Below, piece by piece: positions 13,590 through 28,500 of a stretch of 64,000 nucleotides of DNA. This DNA is from Balanoglossus misakiensis. Lineage: Eukaryota > Animalia > Hemichordata. A program made the position numbers and the translations under genes. The notes beneath the pieces are model-generated. The model saw only the letters and a program-made list of their open reading frames with translations. It was not told the origin of the DNA and did not search any database. The DNA is taken from contig CM082582.2 of NCBI GenBank assembly GCA_040954595.2, positions 10,965,483-11,029,482 of the forward strand, written 5' to 3'. Position 1 is the stretch's first letter. Every line of letters begins with the position of its first letter.

Positions 13590-16500
13590 ACGTGACAAAA
13601 CGTGCCAAAATGAACAAAATTTTCAAAGTCAAGAATTTGTCATTTTTTGAGCGTGTATCAGTTATAATCCATGCATATGACAATAAAATGCGAAAATGAA
13701 CAAAATTTTCAAAGTGAACAATTGTCATTTTTTAAGCGTGTATCAGTTATAATCCATGCATATGACAATAAAATGCCAAAAACACCAAATTCGCAAAATC
13801 AAGAATTTGTCATTTTTTGACAATATTCATAAGCTATGACCCATGAAAAATGTCCAAAAATGACAAAAACACCAAAATTCGCAAAGTAGAGAATTTGTTA
13901 TTTTTGACAATTTTCATGAGCTATAACCCATGATTTTTTCAAAAAAAATGAAGAAATTTTGAAAATTCGCAAAGTCGAAAAATTATCATTTTTGGATGAT
14001 TTCCTGAGCTATAACCCATGGTTTTTTCAAAAAATGACCAAATTTTGAAATTTCGCAAAGTCGAAAAATCGTCGATTTTTGAACATTTTCCTGAGCTATA
14101 ACCCATGGTTTTTTCAAAAAATGACCAAATTTTGAAATTTCGCAAAGTCGAAAAATCGTCGATTTTTGAACATTTTCCTGAGCTATAACCCATGGTTTTT
14201 TCAAAAAATGACCAAATTTTGAAATTTCGCAAAGTCGAAAAATCGTCGATTTTTGAACATTTTCCTGAGCTATAACCCATGGTTTTTTCAAAAAATGACC
14301 AAATTTTGAAAATTCGCAAAGTCGAAAAATCGTCGATTTTTGAACATTTTCCTGAGCTATAACCCATGGTTTTTTCAAAAAATGACCAAATTTTGAAATT
14401 TCGCAAAGTCGAAAAATCGTCGATTTTTGAACATTTTCCTGAGCTATAACCCATGGTTTTTTCAAAAAATGACCAAATTTTGAAAATTCGCAAAGTCGAA
14501 AAATCGTCGATTTTTGAACATTTTCCTGAGCTATAACCCATGGTTTTTTCAAAAAATGACCAAATTTTGAAAATTCGCAAAGTCGAAAAATCGTCGATTT
14601 TTGAACATTTTCCTGAGCTATAACCCATGGTTTTTTCAAAAAATGACCAAATTTTGAAATTTCGCAAAGTCGAAAAATCTTCGATTTTTGAACATTTTCC
14701 TGAGCTATAACCCATGGTTTTTTCAAAAAATGACCAAATTTTGAAATTTCGCAAAGTCGACAAATCTTCGATTTTTGACGATTTTCCTGAGCTATAACCC
14801 ATGGTTTTTTCAAAAAATGACCAAATTTTGAAATTTCGCAAAGTCGAAAAATCGTCGATTTTTGAACATTTTCCTGAGCTATAACCCATGGTTTTTTCAA
14901 AAAATGACCAAATTTTGAAATTTCGCAAAGTCGAAAAATCGTCGATTTTTGAACATTTTCCTGAGCTATAACCCATGGTTTTTTCAAAAAATGACCAAAT
15001 TTTGAAATTTCGCAAAGTCGAAAAATCGTCGATTTTTGAACATTTTCCTGAGCTATAACCCATGGTTTTTTCAAAAAATGACCAAATTTTGAAAATTCGC
15101 AAAGTCGAAAAATCGTCGATTTTTGAACATTTTCCTGAGCTATAACCCATGGTTTTTTCAAAAAATGACCAAATTTTGAAAATTCGCAAAGTCGAAAAAT
15201 CGTCGATTTTTGAACATTTTCCTGAGCTATAACCCATGGTTTTTTCAAAAAATGACCAAATTTTGAAATTTCGCAAAGTCGACAAATCTTCGATTTTTGA
15301 ACATTTTCCTGAGCTATAACCCATGGTTTTTTCAAAAAATGACCAAATTTTCAAAATTCGCAAAGTCGAAAAATCGTCGATTTTTGAACATTTTCCTGAG
15401 CTATAACCCATGGTTTTTTCAAAAAATGACCAAATTTTGAAATTTCGCAAAGTCGAAAAATCGTCGATTTTTGAACATTTTCCTGAGCTATAACCCATGG
15501 TTTTTTCAAAAAATGACCAAATTTTGAAATTTCGCAAAGTCGAAAAATTGTCGATTTTTGAACATTTTCCTGAGCTATAACCCATGGTTTTTTCAAAAAA
15601 TGACCAAATTTTGAAATTTCGCAAAGTCGAAAAATCGTCGATTTTTGAACATTTTCCTGAGCTATAACCCATGGTTTTTTCAAAAAATGACCAAATTTTG
15701 AAAATTCGCAAAGTCGAAAAATCGTCGATTTTTGAACATTTTCCTGAGCTATAACCCATGGTTTTTTCAAAAAATGACCAAATTTTGAAATTTCGCAAAG
15801 TCGAAAAATCGTCGATTTTTGAACATTTTCCTGAGCTATAACCCATGGTTTTTTCAAAAAATGACCAAATTTTGAAATTTCGCAAAGTCGAAAAATCGTC
15901 GATTTTTGAACATTTTCCTGAGCTATAACCCATGGTTTTTTCAAAAAATGATCAAATTTTGAAAATTCGCAAAGTCGAAAAATCGTCGATTTTTGAACAT
16001 TTTCCTGAGCTATAACCCATGGTTTTTTCAAAAAATGACCAAATTTTGAAAATTCGCAAAGTCGAAAAATCGTCGATTTTTGAACATTTTCCTGAGCTAT
16101 AACCCATGGTTTTTAAAAAAAATGATCAAATTTTGAAAATTCGCAAAGTCGAAAAATCGTCGATTTTTGAACATTTTCCTGAGCTATAACCCATGGTTTT
16201 TTCAAAAAATGACCAAATTTTGAAATTTCGCAAAGTCGAAAAATCGTCGATTTTTGAACATTTTCCTGAGCTATAACCCATGGTTTTTTCAAAAAATGAC
16301 CAAATTTTGAAATTTCGCAAAGTCGAAAAATCGTCGATTTTTGAACATTTTCCTGAGCTATAACCCATGGTTTTTTCAAAAAATGACCAAATTTTGAAAT
16401 TTCGCAAAGTCGAAAAATCTTCGATTTTTGAACATTTTCCTGAGCTATAACCCATGGTTTTTTCAAAAAATGACCAAATTTTGAAATTTCGCAAAGTCGA

Positions 16501-19500
16501 AAAATCGTCGATTTTTGAACATTTTCCTGAGCTATAACCCATGGTTTTTTCAAAAAATGACCAAATTTTGAAATTTCGCAAAGTCGAAAAATCGTCGATT
16601 TTTGAACATTTTCCTGAGCTATAACCCATGGTTTTTTCAAAAAATGACCAAATTTTGAAATTTCGCAAAGTCGAAAAATCGTCGATTTTTGAACATTTTC
16701 CTGAGCTATAACCCATGGTTTTTTCAAAAAATGACCAAATTTTGAAATTTCGCAAAGTCGAAAAATCGTCGATTTTTGAACATTTTCCTGAGCTATAACC
16801 CATGGTTTTTTCAAAAAATGACCAAATTTTGAAAATTCGCAAAGTCGAAAAATCGTCGATTTTTGAACATTTTCCTGAGCTATAACCCATGGTTTTTTCA
16901 AAAAATGACCAAATTTTGAAATTTCGCAAAGTCGAAAAATCGTCGATTTTTGAACATTTTCCTGAGCTATAACCCATGGTTTTTTCAAAAAATGACCAAA
17001 TTTTCAAAATTCGCAAAGTCGAAAAATCGTCGATTTTTGAACATTTTCCTGAGCTATAACCCATGGTTTTTTCAAAAAATGACCAAATTTTGAAAATTCG
17101 CAAAGTCGAAAAATCGTCGATTTTTGAACATTTTCCTGAGCTATAACCCATGATTTTTTCAAAAAATGACCAAATTTTGAAATTTCGCAAAGTCGAAAAA
17201 TTGTCGATTTTTGAACATTTTCCTGAGCTATAACCCATGGTTTTTTCAAAAAATGACCAAATTTTGAAATTTCGCAAAGTCGAAAAATCGTCGATTTTTG
17301 AACATTTTCCTGAGCTATAACCCATGGTTTTTTCAAAAAATGACCAAATTTTGAAAATTCGCAAAGTCGAAAAATCGTCGATTTTTGAACATTTTCCTGA
17401 GCTATAACCCATGGTTTTTTCAAAAAATGACCAAATTTTGAAATTTCGCAAAGTCGAAAAATCGTCGATTTTTGAACATTTTCCTGAGCTATAACCCATG
17501 GTTTTTTCAAAAAATGACCAAATTTTGAAATTTCGCAAAGTCGAAAAATCGTCGATTTTTGAACATTTTCCTGAGCTATAACCCATGGTTTTTTCAAAAA
17601 ATGACCAAATTTTGAAAATTCGCAAAGTCGAAAAATCGTCGATTTTTGAACATTTTCCTGAGCTATAACCCATGGTTTTTTCAAAAAATGACCAAATTTT
17701 GAAATTTCGCAAAGTCGAAAAATCGTCGATTTTTGAACATTTTCCTGAGCTATAACCCATGGTTTTTTCAAAAAATGACCAAATTTTGAAAATTCGCAAA
17801 GTCGAAAAATCGTCGATTTTTGAACATTTTCCTGAGCTATAACCCATGGTTTTTTCAAAAAATGACCAAATTTTGAAAATTCGCAAAGTCGAAAAATCGT
17901 CGATTTTTGAACATTTTCCTGAGCTATAACCCATGGTTTTTTCAAAAAATGACCAAATTTTGAAATTTCGCAAAGTCAAAAAATCGTCGATTTTTGAACA
18001 TTTTCCTGAGCTATAACCCATGGTTTTTTCAAAAAATGACCAAATTTTGAAATTTCGCAAAGTCGAAAAATCGTCGATTTTTGAACATTTTCCTGAGCTA
18101 TAACCCATGGTTTTTTCAAAAAATGACCAAATTTTGAAAATTCGCAAAGTCGAAAAATCGTCGATTTTTGAAAATTTTCCTGAGCTATAACCCATGGTTT
18201 TTTCAAAAAATGACCAAATTTTGAAATTTCGCAAAGTCGAAAAATCGTCGATTTTTGAACATTTTCCTGAGCTATAACCCATGGTTTTTTCAAAAAATGA
18301 CCAAATTTTGAAAATTCGCAAAGTCGAAAAATCGTCGATTTTTGAACATTTTCCTGAGCTATAACCCATGGTTTTTTCAAAAAATGACCAAATTTTGAAA
18401 ATTCGCAAAGTCGAAAAATCGTCGATTTTTGAACATTTTCCTGAGCTATAACCCATGGTTTTTTCAAAAAATGACCAAATTTTGAAAATTCGCAAAGTCG
18501 AAAAATCGTCGATTTTTGAACATTTTCCTGAGCTATAACCCATGGTTTTTTCAAAAAATGACCAAATTTTGAAATTTCGCAAAGTCGAAAAATCGTCGAT
18601 TTTTGAACATTTTCCTGAGCTATAACCCATGGTTTTTTCAAAAAATGACCAAATTTTGAAATTTCGCAAAGTCGACAAATCTTCGATTTTTGAACATTTT
18701 CCTGAGCTATAACCCATGGTTTTTTCAAAAAATGACCAAATTTTGAAATTTCGCAAAGTCGAAAAATCGTCGATTTTTGAACATTTTCCTGAGCTATAAC
18801 CCATGGTTTTTTCAAAAAATGACCAAATTTTGAAAATTCGCAAAGTCGAAAAATCGTCGATTTTTGAACATTTTCCTGAGCTATAACCCATGGTTTTTTC
18901 AAAAAATGACCAAATTTTGAAATTTCGCAAAAACGAAAAATCGTCGATTTTTGAACATTTTCCTGAGCTATAACCCATGGTTTTTTCAAAAAATGACCAA
19001 ATTTTGAAAATTCGCAAAGTCGAAAAATCGTCGATTTTTGAACATTTTCCTGAGCTATAACCCATGGTTTTTTCAAAAAAGACCAAATTTTGAAAATTCG
19101 CAAAGTCGAAAAATCGTCGATTTTTGAACATTTTCCTGAGCTATAACCCATGGTTTTTTCAAAAAATGACCAAATTTTGAAATTTCGCAAAGTCGAAAAA
19201 TCGTCGATTTTTGAACATTTTCCTGAGCTATAACCCATGGTTTTTTCAAAAAATGACCAAATTTTGAAAATTCGCAAAGTCGAAAAATCGTCGAGTTTTG
19301 AACATTTTCCTGAGCTATAACCCATGGTTTTTTCAAAAAATGACCAAATTTTGAAAATTCGCAAAGTCGAAAAATCGTCGATTTTTGAACATTTTCCTGA
19401 GCTATAACCCATGGTTTTTTCAAAAAATGACCAAATTTTGAAAATTCGCAAAGTCGAAAAATCGTCGATTTTTGAACATTTTCCTGAGCTATAACCCATG

Positions 19501-22500
19501 TTTTTTTCAAAAAATGACCAAATTTTGAAATTTCGCAAAGTCGAAAAATTGTCTATTTTTGAACATTTTCCTGAGCTATAACCCATGGTTTTTTCAAAAA
19601 ATGACCAAATTTTGAAATTTCGCAAAGTCGAAAAATCGTCGATTTTTGAACATTTTCCTGAGCTATAACCCATGGTTTTTTCAAAAAATGACCAAATTTT
19701 GAAATTTCGCAAAGTCGAAAAATCGTCGATTTTTGAACATTTTCCTGAGCTATAACCCATGGTTTTTTCAAAAAATGACCAAATTTTGAAATTTCGCAAA
19801 GTCGAAAAATCGTCGATTTTTGAACATTTTCCTGAGCTATAACCCATGGTTTTTTCAAAAAATGACCAAATTTTGAAATTTCGCAAAGTCGAAAAATCGT
19901 CGATTTTTGAACATTTTCCTGAGCTATAACCCATGGTTTTTTCAAAAAATGACCAAATTTTGAAAATTCGCAAAGTCGAAAAATCGTCAATTTTTGAACA
20001 TTTTCCTGAGCTATAACCCATGGTTTTTTCAAAAAATGACCAAATTTTGAAATTTCGCAAAGTCGAAAAATCGTCGATTTTTGAACATTTTCCTGAGCTA
20101 TAACCCATGGTTTTTTCAAAAAATGACCAAATTTTGAAATTTCGCAAAGTCGAAAAATCGTCGATTTTTGAACATTTTCCTGAGCTATAACCCATGGTTT
20201 TTTCAAAAAATGACCAAATTTTGAAAATTCGCAAAGTCGAAAAATCGTCGATTTTTGAACATTTTCCAGAGCTATAACCCATGGTTTTTTCAAAAAATGA
20301 CCAAATTTTGAAATTTCGCAAAGTCGAAAAATCGTCGATTTTTGAACATTTTCCTGAGCTATAACCCATGGTTTTTTCAAAAAATGACCAAATTTTGAAA
20401 ATTCGCAAAGTCGAAAAATCGTCGATTTTTGAACATTTTCCTGAGCTATAACCCATGGTTTTTTCAAAAAATGACCAAATTTTGAAAATTCGCAAAGTCG
20501 AAAAATCGTCGATTTTTGAACATTTTCCTGAGCTATAACCCATGGTTTTTTCAAAAAATGACCAAATTTTGAAAATTCGCAAAGTCGAAAAATCGTCGAT
20601 TTTTGAACATTTTCCTGAGCTATAACCCATGGTTTTTTCAAAAAATGACCAAATTTTGAAATTTCGCAAAGTCGAAAAATCGTCGATTTTTGAACATTTT
20701 CCTGAGCTATAACCCATGGTTTTTTCAAAAAATGACCAAATTTTGAAATTTCGCAAAGTCGAAAAATCGTCGATTTTTGAACATTTTCCTGAGCTATAAC
20801 CCATGGTTTTTTCAAAAAATGACCAAATTTTGAAATTTCGCAAAGTCGAAAAATCGTCGATTTTTGAACATTTTCCTGAGCTATAACCCATGGTTTTTTC
20901 AAAAAATGACCAAATTTTGAAAATTCGCAAAGTCGAAAAATCGTCGATTTTTGAACATTTTCCTCAGCTATAACCCATGGTTTTTTCAAAAAATGACCAA
21001 ATTTTGAAATTTCGCAAAATCGAAAAATCGTCGATTTTTGAACATTTTCCTGAGCTATAACCCATGGTTTTTTCAAAAAATGACCAAATTTTGAAAATTC
21101 GCAAAGTCGAAAAATCGTCGATTTTTGAACATTTTCCTGAGCTATAACCCATGGTTTTTTCAAAAAATGACCAAATTTTGAAATTTCGCAAAGTCGAAAA
21201 ATCGTCGATTTTTGAACATTTTCCTGAGCTATAACCCATGGTTTTTTCAAAAAATGACCAAATTTTGAAATTTCGCAAAGTCGAAAAATCGTCGATTTTT
21301 GAACATTTTCCTGAGCTATAACCCATGGTTTTTTCAAAAAATGACCAAATTTTGAAAATTCGCAAAGTCGAAAAATCGTCGATTTTTGAACATTTTCCTG
21401 AGCTATAACCCATGGTTTTTTCAAAAAATGACCAAATTTTGAAATTTCGCAAAGTCGAAAAATCGTCGATTTTTGAACATTTTCCTGAGCTATAACCCAT
21501 GGTTTTTTCAAAAAATGACCAAATTTTGAAAATTCGCAAAGTCGAAAAATCGTCGATTTTTGAACATTTTCCTGAGCTATAACCCATGGTTTTTTCAAAA
21601 AATGAAGAAATTTTGAAAATTCGCAAAGTCGAAAAATCGTCGATTTTTGAACATTTTCCTGAGCTATAACCCATGGTTTTTTCAAAAAATGACCAAATTT
21701 TGAAATTTCGCAAAGTCGAAAAATCGTCGATTTTTGAACATTTTCCTGAGCTATAACCCATGGTTTTTTCAAAAAATGATCAAATTTTGAAAATTCGCAA
21801 AGTCGAAAAATCGTCGATTTTTGAACATTTTCCTGAGCTATAACCCATGGTTTTTTCAAAAAATGACCAAATTTTGAAATTTCGCAAAGTCGAAAAATCG
21901 TCGATTTTTGAACATTTTCCTGAGCTATAACCCATGGTTTTTTCAAAAAATGACCAAATTTTGAAAATTCGCAAAGTCGAAAAATCGTCGATTTTTGAAC
22001 ATTTTCCTGAGCTATAACCCATGGTTTTTTCACAAAATGACCAAATTTTGAAATTTCGCAAAGTCGAAAAATCGTCGATTTTTGAACATTTTCCTGAGCT
22101 ATAACCCATGGTTTTTTCAAAAAATGACCAAATTTTGAAATTTCGCAAAGTCGAAAAATCGTCGATTTTTGAACATTTTCCTGAGCTATAACCCATGGTT
22201 TTTTCAAAAAATGACCAAATTTTGAAATTTCGCAAAGTCGACAAATCTTCGATTTTTGAACATTTTCCTGAGCTATAACCCATGGTTTTTTCAAAAAATG
22301 ACCAAATTTTGAAATTTCGCAAAGTCAAAAAATCGTCGATTTTTGAACATTTTCCTGAGCTATAACCCATGGTTTTTTCAAAAAATGACCAAATTTTGAA
22401 ATTTCGCAAAGTCGACAAATCGTCGATTTTTGAACATTTTCCTGAGCTATAACCCATGGTTTTTTCAAAAAATGACCAAATTTTGAAATTTCGCAAAGTC

Positions 22501-25500
22501 AAAAAATCGTCGATTTTTGAACATTTTCCTGAGCTATAACCCATGGTTTTTTCAAAAAATGACCAAATTTTGAAAATTCGCAAAGTCGAAAAATCGTCGA
22601 TTTTTGAACATTTTCCTGAGCTATAACCCATGGTTTTTTCAAAAAATGACCAAATTTTGAAATTTCGCAAAGTCGAAAAATCGTCGATTTTTGAACATTT
22701 TCCTGAGCTATAACCCATGGTTTTTTCAAAAAATGACCAAATTTTGAAAATTCGCAAAGTCGAAAAATCGTCGATTTTTGAACATTTTCCTGAGCTATAA
22801 CCCATGGTTTTTAAAAAAAATGATCAAATTTTGAAAATTCGCAAAGTCGAAAAATCGTCGATTTTTGAACATTTTCCTGAGCTATAACCCATGGTTTTTT
22901 CAAAAAATGACCAAATTTTGAAATTTCGCAAAGTCGAAAAATCGTCGATTTTTGAACATTTTCCTGAGCTATAACCCATGGTTTTTTCAAAAAATGACCA
23001 AATTTTGAAATTTCGCAAAGTCGACAAATCTTCGATTTTTGAACATTTTCCTGAGCTATAACCCATGGTTTTTTCAAAAAATGACCAAATTTTGAAATTT
23101 CGCAAAGTCAAAAAATCGTCGATTTTTGAACATTTTCCTGAGCTATAACCCATGGTTTTTTCAAAAAATGAAGAAATTTTGAAATTTCGCAAAAACGAAA
23201 AATCGTCGATTTTTGAACATTTTCCTGAGCTATAACCCATGGTTTTTTCAAAAAATGACCAAATTTTGAAAATTCGCAAAGTCGAAAAATCGTCGATTTT
23301 TGAACATTTTCCTGAGCTATAACCCATGGTTTTTTCAAAAAATGACCAAATTTTGAAAATTCGCAAAGTCGAAAAATCGTCGATTTTTGAACATTTTCCT
23401 GAGCTATAACCCATGGTTTTTTCAAAAAATGACCAAATTTTGAAATTTCGCAAAGTCGAAAAATCGTCGATTTTTGAACATTTTCCTGAGCTATAACCCA
23501 TGGTTTTTTCAAAAAATGACCAAATTTTGAAATTTCGCAAAGTCGAAAAATCGTCGATTTTTGAACATTTTCCTGAGCTATAACCCATGGTTTTTTCAAA
23601 AAATGACCAAATTTTGAAATTTCGCAAAGTCAAAAAATCGTCGATTTTTGAACATTTTCCTGAGCTATAACCCATGGTTTTTTTCAAAAAATGACCAAAT
23701 TTTGAAATTTCGCAAAGTCGAAAAATTGTCGATTTTTGAACATTTTCCTGAGCTATATAACCCATGGTTTTTTCAAAAAATGACCAAATTTTGAAATTTC
23801 GCAAAGTCGAAAAATCGTCGATTTTTGAACATTTTCCTGAGCTATAACCCATGTTTTTTTCAAAAAATGACCAAATTTTGAAATTTCGCAAAGTCGAAAA
23901 ATCGTCTATTTTTGAACATTTTCCTGAGCTATAACCCATGGTTTTTTCAAAAAATGACCAAATTTTGAAATTTCGCAAAGTCGAAAAATCGTCGATTTTT
24001 GAACATTTTCCTGAGCTATAACCCATGGTTTTTTCAAAAAATGACCAAATTTTGAAAATTCGCAAAGTCGAAAAATCGTCGATTTTTGAACATTTTCCTG
24101 AGCTATAACCCATGGTTTTTTCAAAAAATGACCAAATTTTGAAAATTCGCAAAGTCGAAAAATCGTCGATTTTTGAACATTTTCCTGAGCTATAACCCAT
24201 GGTTTTTTCAAAAAATGACCAAATTTTGAAATTTCGCAAAGTCGAAAAATCGTCGATTTTTGAACATTTTCCTGAGCTATAACCCATGGTTTTTTCAAAA
24301 AATGACCAAATTTTGAAATTTCGCAAAGTCGAAAAATCGTCGATTTTTGAACATTTTCCTGAGCTATAACCCATGGTTTTTTCAAAAAATGACCAAATTT
24401 TGAAATTTCGCAAAGTCGAAAAATCGTCGATTTTTGAACATTTTCCTGAGCTATAACCCATGGTTTTTTCAAAAAATGACCAAATTTTGAAATTTCGCAA
24501 AGTCGAAAAATCGTCGATTTTTGAACATTTTCCTGAGCTATAACCCATGGTTTTTTCAAAAAATGACCAAATTTTGAAATTTCGCAAAGTCGAAAAATCG
24601 TCGATTTTTGAACATTTTCCTGAGCTATAACCCATGGTTTTTTCAAAAAATGACCAAATTTTGAAATTTCGCAAAGTCGAAAAATCGTCGATTTTTGAAC
24701 ATTTTCCTGAGCTATAACCCATGGTTTTTTCAAAAAATGACCAAATTTTGAAATTTCGCAAAGTCGAAAAATCGTCGATTTTTGAACATTTTCCTGAGCT
24801 ATAACCCATGGTTTTTTCAAAAAATGACCAAATTTTGAAATTTCGCAAAGTCGAAAAATCGTCGATTTTTGAACATTTTCCTGAGCTATAACCCATGGTT
24901 TTTTCAAAAAATGACCAAATTTTGAAAATTCGCAAAGTCGAAAAATCGTCGATTTTTGAACATTTTCCTGAGCTATAACCCATGGTTTTTTCAAAAAATG
25001 ACCAAATTTTGAAATTTCGCAAAGTCGAAAAATCGTCGATTTTTGAACATTTTCCTGAGCTATAACCCATGGTTTTTTCAAAAAATGACCAAATTTTGAA
25101 ATTTCGCAAAGTCGAAAAATCGTCGATTTTTGAACATTTTCCTGAGCTATAACCCATGGTTTTTTCAAAAAATGACCAAATTTTGAAATTTCGCAAAGTC
25201 GAAAAATCGTCGATTTTTGAACATTTTCCTGAGCTATAACCCATGGTTTTTTCAAAAAATGACCAAATTTTGAAATTTCGCAAAGTCGAAAAATCGTCGA
25301 TTTTTGAACATTTTCCTGAGCTATAACCCATGTTTTTTTCAAAAAATGACCAAATTTTGAAATTTCGCAAAGTCGAAAAATTGTCGATTTTTGAACATTT
25401 TCCTGAGCTATATAACCCATGGTTTTTTCAAAAAATGACCAAATTTTGAAATTTCGCAAAGTCGAAAAATCGTCGATTTTTGAACATTTTCCTGAGCTAT

Positions 25501-28500
25501 AACCCATGTTTTTTTCAAAAAATGACCAAATTTTGAAATTTCGCAAAGTCGAAAAATTGTCTATTTTTGAACATTTTCCTGAGCTATAACCCATGTTTTT
25601 TTCAAAAAATGACCAAATTTTGAAAATTCGCAAAGTCGAAAAAGTCTTCGATTTTTGAACATTTTCCTGAGCTATAACCCATGGTTTTTTCAAAAAATGA
25701 CCAAATTTTGAAATTTCGCAAAGTCGAAAAATCGTCGTTTTTTGAACATTTTCCTGAGCTATAACCCATGGTTTTTTCAAAAAATGACCAAATTTTGAAA
25801 TTTCGCAAAGTCGAAAAATCGTCGATTTTTGAACATTTTCCTGAGCTATAACCCATGGTTTTTTCAAAAAATGACCAAATTTTGAAATTTGGCAAAGTCG
25901 AAAAATCGTCGATTTTTGAACATTTTCCTGAGCTATAACCCATGGTTTTTTCACAAAATGACCAAATTTTGAAATTTCGCAAAGTCGAAAAATCGTCGAT
26001 TTTTGAACATTTTCCTGAGCTATAACCCATGGTTTTTTCAAAAAATGACCAAATTTTGAAATTTCGCAAAGTCGAAAAATCGTCCATTTTTGAACATTTT
26101 CCTGAGCTATAACCCATGGTTTTTTTTTCCAAAAAATGACCAAATTTTGAAATTTCGCAAAGTCGAAAAATCGTCGATTTTTGAACATTTTCCTGAGCTA
26201 TAACCCATGGTTTTTTCAAAAAATGACCAAATTTTGAAATTTCGCAAAGTCGAAAAATCGTCGATTTTTGAACATTTTCCTGAGCTATAACCCATGGTTT
26301 TTTCAAAAAATGACCAAATTTTGAAATTTCGCAAAGTCGAAAAATCGTCGATTTTTGAACATTTTCCTGAGCTATAACCCATGGTTTTTTCAAAAAATGA
26401 CCAAATTTTGAAAATTCGCAAAGTCGAAAAATCGTCGATTTTTGAACATTTTCCTGAGCTATAACCCATGGTTTTTTCAAAAAATGACCAAATTTTGAAA
26501 ATTCGCAAAGTCGAAAAATCGTCGATTTTTGAACATTTTCCTGAGCTATAACCCATGGTTTTTTCAAAAAATGACCAAATTTTGAAAATTCGCAAAGTCG
26601 AAAAATCGTCGATTTTTGAACATTTTCCTGAGCTATAACCCATGGTTTTTTCAAAAAATGACCAAATTTTGAAATTTCGCAAAGTCGAAAAATCGTCGAT
26701 TTTTGAACATTTTCCTGAGCTATAACCCATGGTTTTTTCAAAAAATGACCAAATTTTGAAAATTCGCAAAGTCGAAAAATCGTCGATTTTTGAACATTTT
26801 CCTGAGCTATAACCCATGTTTTTTTCAAAAAATGACCAAATTTTGAAAATTCGCAAAGTCGAAAAATCGTCGATTTTTGAACATTTTCCTGAGCTATAAC
26901 CCATGGTTTTTTCAAAAAATGACCAAATTTTGAAATTTCGCAAAGTCGAAAAATCGTCGATTTTTGAACATTTTCCTGAGCTATAACCCATGGTTTTTTC
27001 AAAAAATGACCAAATTTTGAAATTTCGCAAAGTCGAAAAATCGTCGATTTTTGAACATTTTCCTGAGCTATAACCCATGGTTTTTTCAAAAAATGACCAA
27101 ATTTTGAAATTTCGCAAAGTCGAAAAATCGTCGATTTTTGAACATTTTCCTGAGCTATAACCCATGTTTTTTTCAAAAAATGACCAAATTTTGAAATTTC
27201 GCAAAGTCGAAAAATTGTCGATTTTTGAACATTTTCCTGAGCTATATAACCCATGGTTTTTTCAAAAAATGACCAAATTTTGAAATTTCGCAAAGTCGAA
27301 AAATCGTCGATTTTTGAACATTTTCCTGAGCTATAACCCATGTTTTTTTCAAAAAATGACCAAATTTTGAAATTTCGCAAAGTCGAAAAATTGTCTATTT
27401 TTGAACATTTTCCTGAGCTATAACCCATGGTTTTTTCAAAAAATGACCAAATTTTGAAATTTCGCAAAGTCGAAAAATCGTCGATTTTTGAACATTTTCC
27501 TGAGCTATAACCCATGGTTTTTTCAAAAAATGACCAAATTTTGAAATTTCGCAAAGTCGAAAAATCGTCGATTTTTGAACATTTTCCTGAGCTATAACCC
27601 ATGGTTTTTTCAAAAAATGACCAAATTTTGAAAATTCGCAAAGTCGAAAAATCGTCGATTTTTGAACATTTTCCTGAGCTATAACCCATGGTTTTTTCAA
27701 AAAATGACCAAATTTTGAAATTTCGCAAAGTCGAAAAATCGTCGATTTTTGAACATTTTCCTGAGCTATAACCCATGGTTTTTTCAAAAAATGACCAAAT
27801 TTTGAAATTTCGCAAAGTCGAAAAATCGTCGATTTTTGAACATTTTCCTGAGCTATAACCCATGGTTTTTTCAAAAAATGACCAAATTTTGAAATTTCGC
27901 AAAGTCGAAAAATCGTCGATTTTTGAACATTTTCCTGAGCTATAACCCATGGTTTTTTCAAAAAATGACCAAATTTTGAAATTTCGCAAAGTCGAAAAAT
28001 CGTCGATTTTTGAACATTTTCCTGAGCTATAACCCATGGTTTTTTCAAAAAATGACCAAATTTTGAAATTTCGCAAAGTCGAAAAATCGTCGATTTTTGA
28101 ACATTTTCCTGGGCTATAACCCATGGTTTTTTCAAAAAATGACCAAATTTTGAAATTTCGCAAAGTCGAAAAATCGTCGATTTTTGAACATTTTCCTGAG
28201 CTATAACCCATGGTTTTTTCAAAAAATGACCAAATTTTGAAATTTCGCAAAGTCGAAAAATCGTCGATTTTTGAACATTTTCCTGAGCTATAACCCATGT
28301 TTTTTTCAAAAAATGACCAAATTTTGAAATTTCGCAAAGTCGAAAAATTGTCGATTTTTGAACATTTTCCTGAGCTATAACCCATGGTTTTTTCAAAAAA
28401 TGACCAAATTTTGAAATTTCGCAAAGTCGAAAAATCGTCGATTTTTGAACATTTTCCTGAGCTATAACCCATGGTTTTTTCAAAAAATGACCAAATTTTG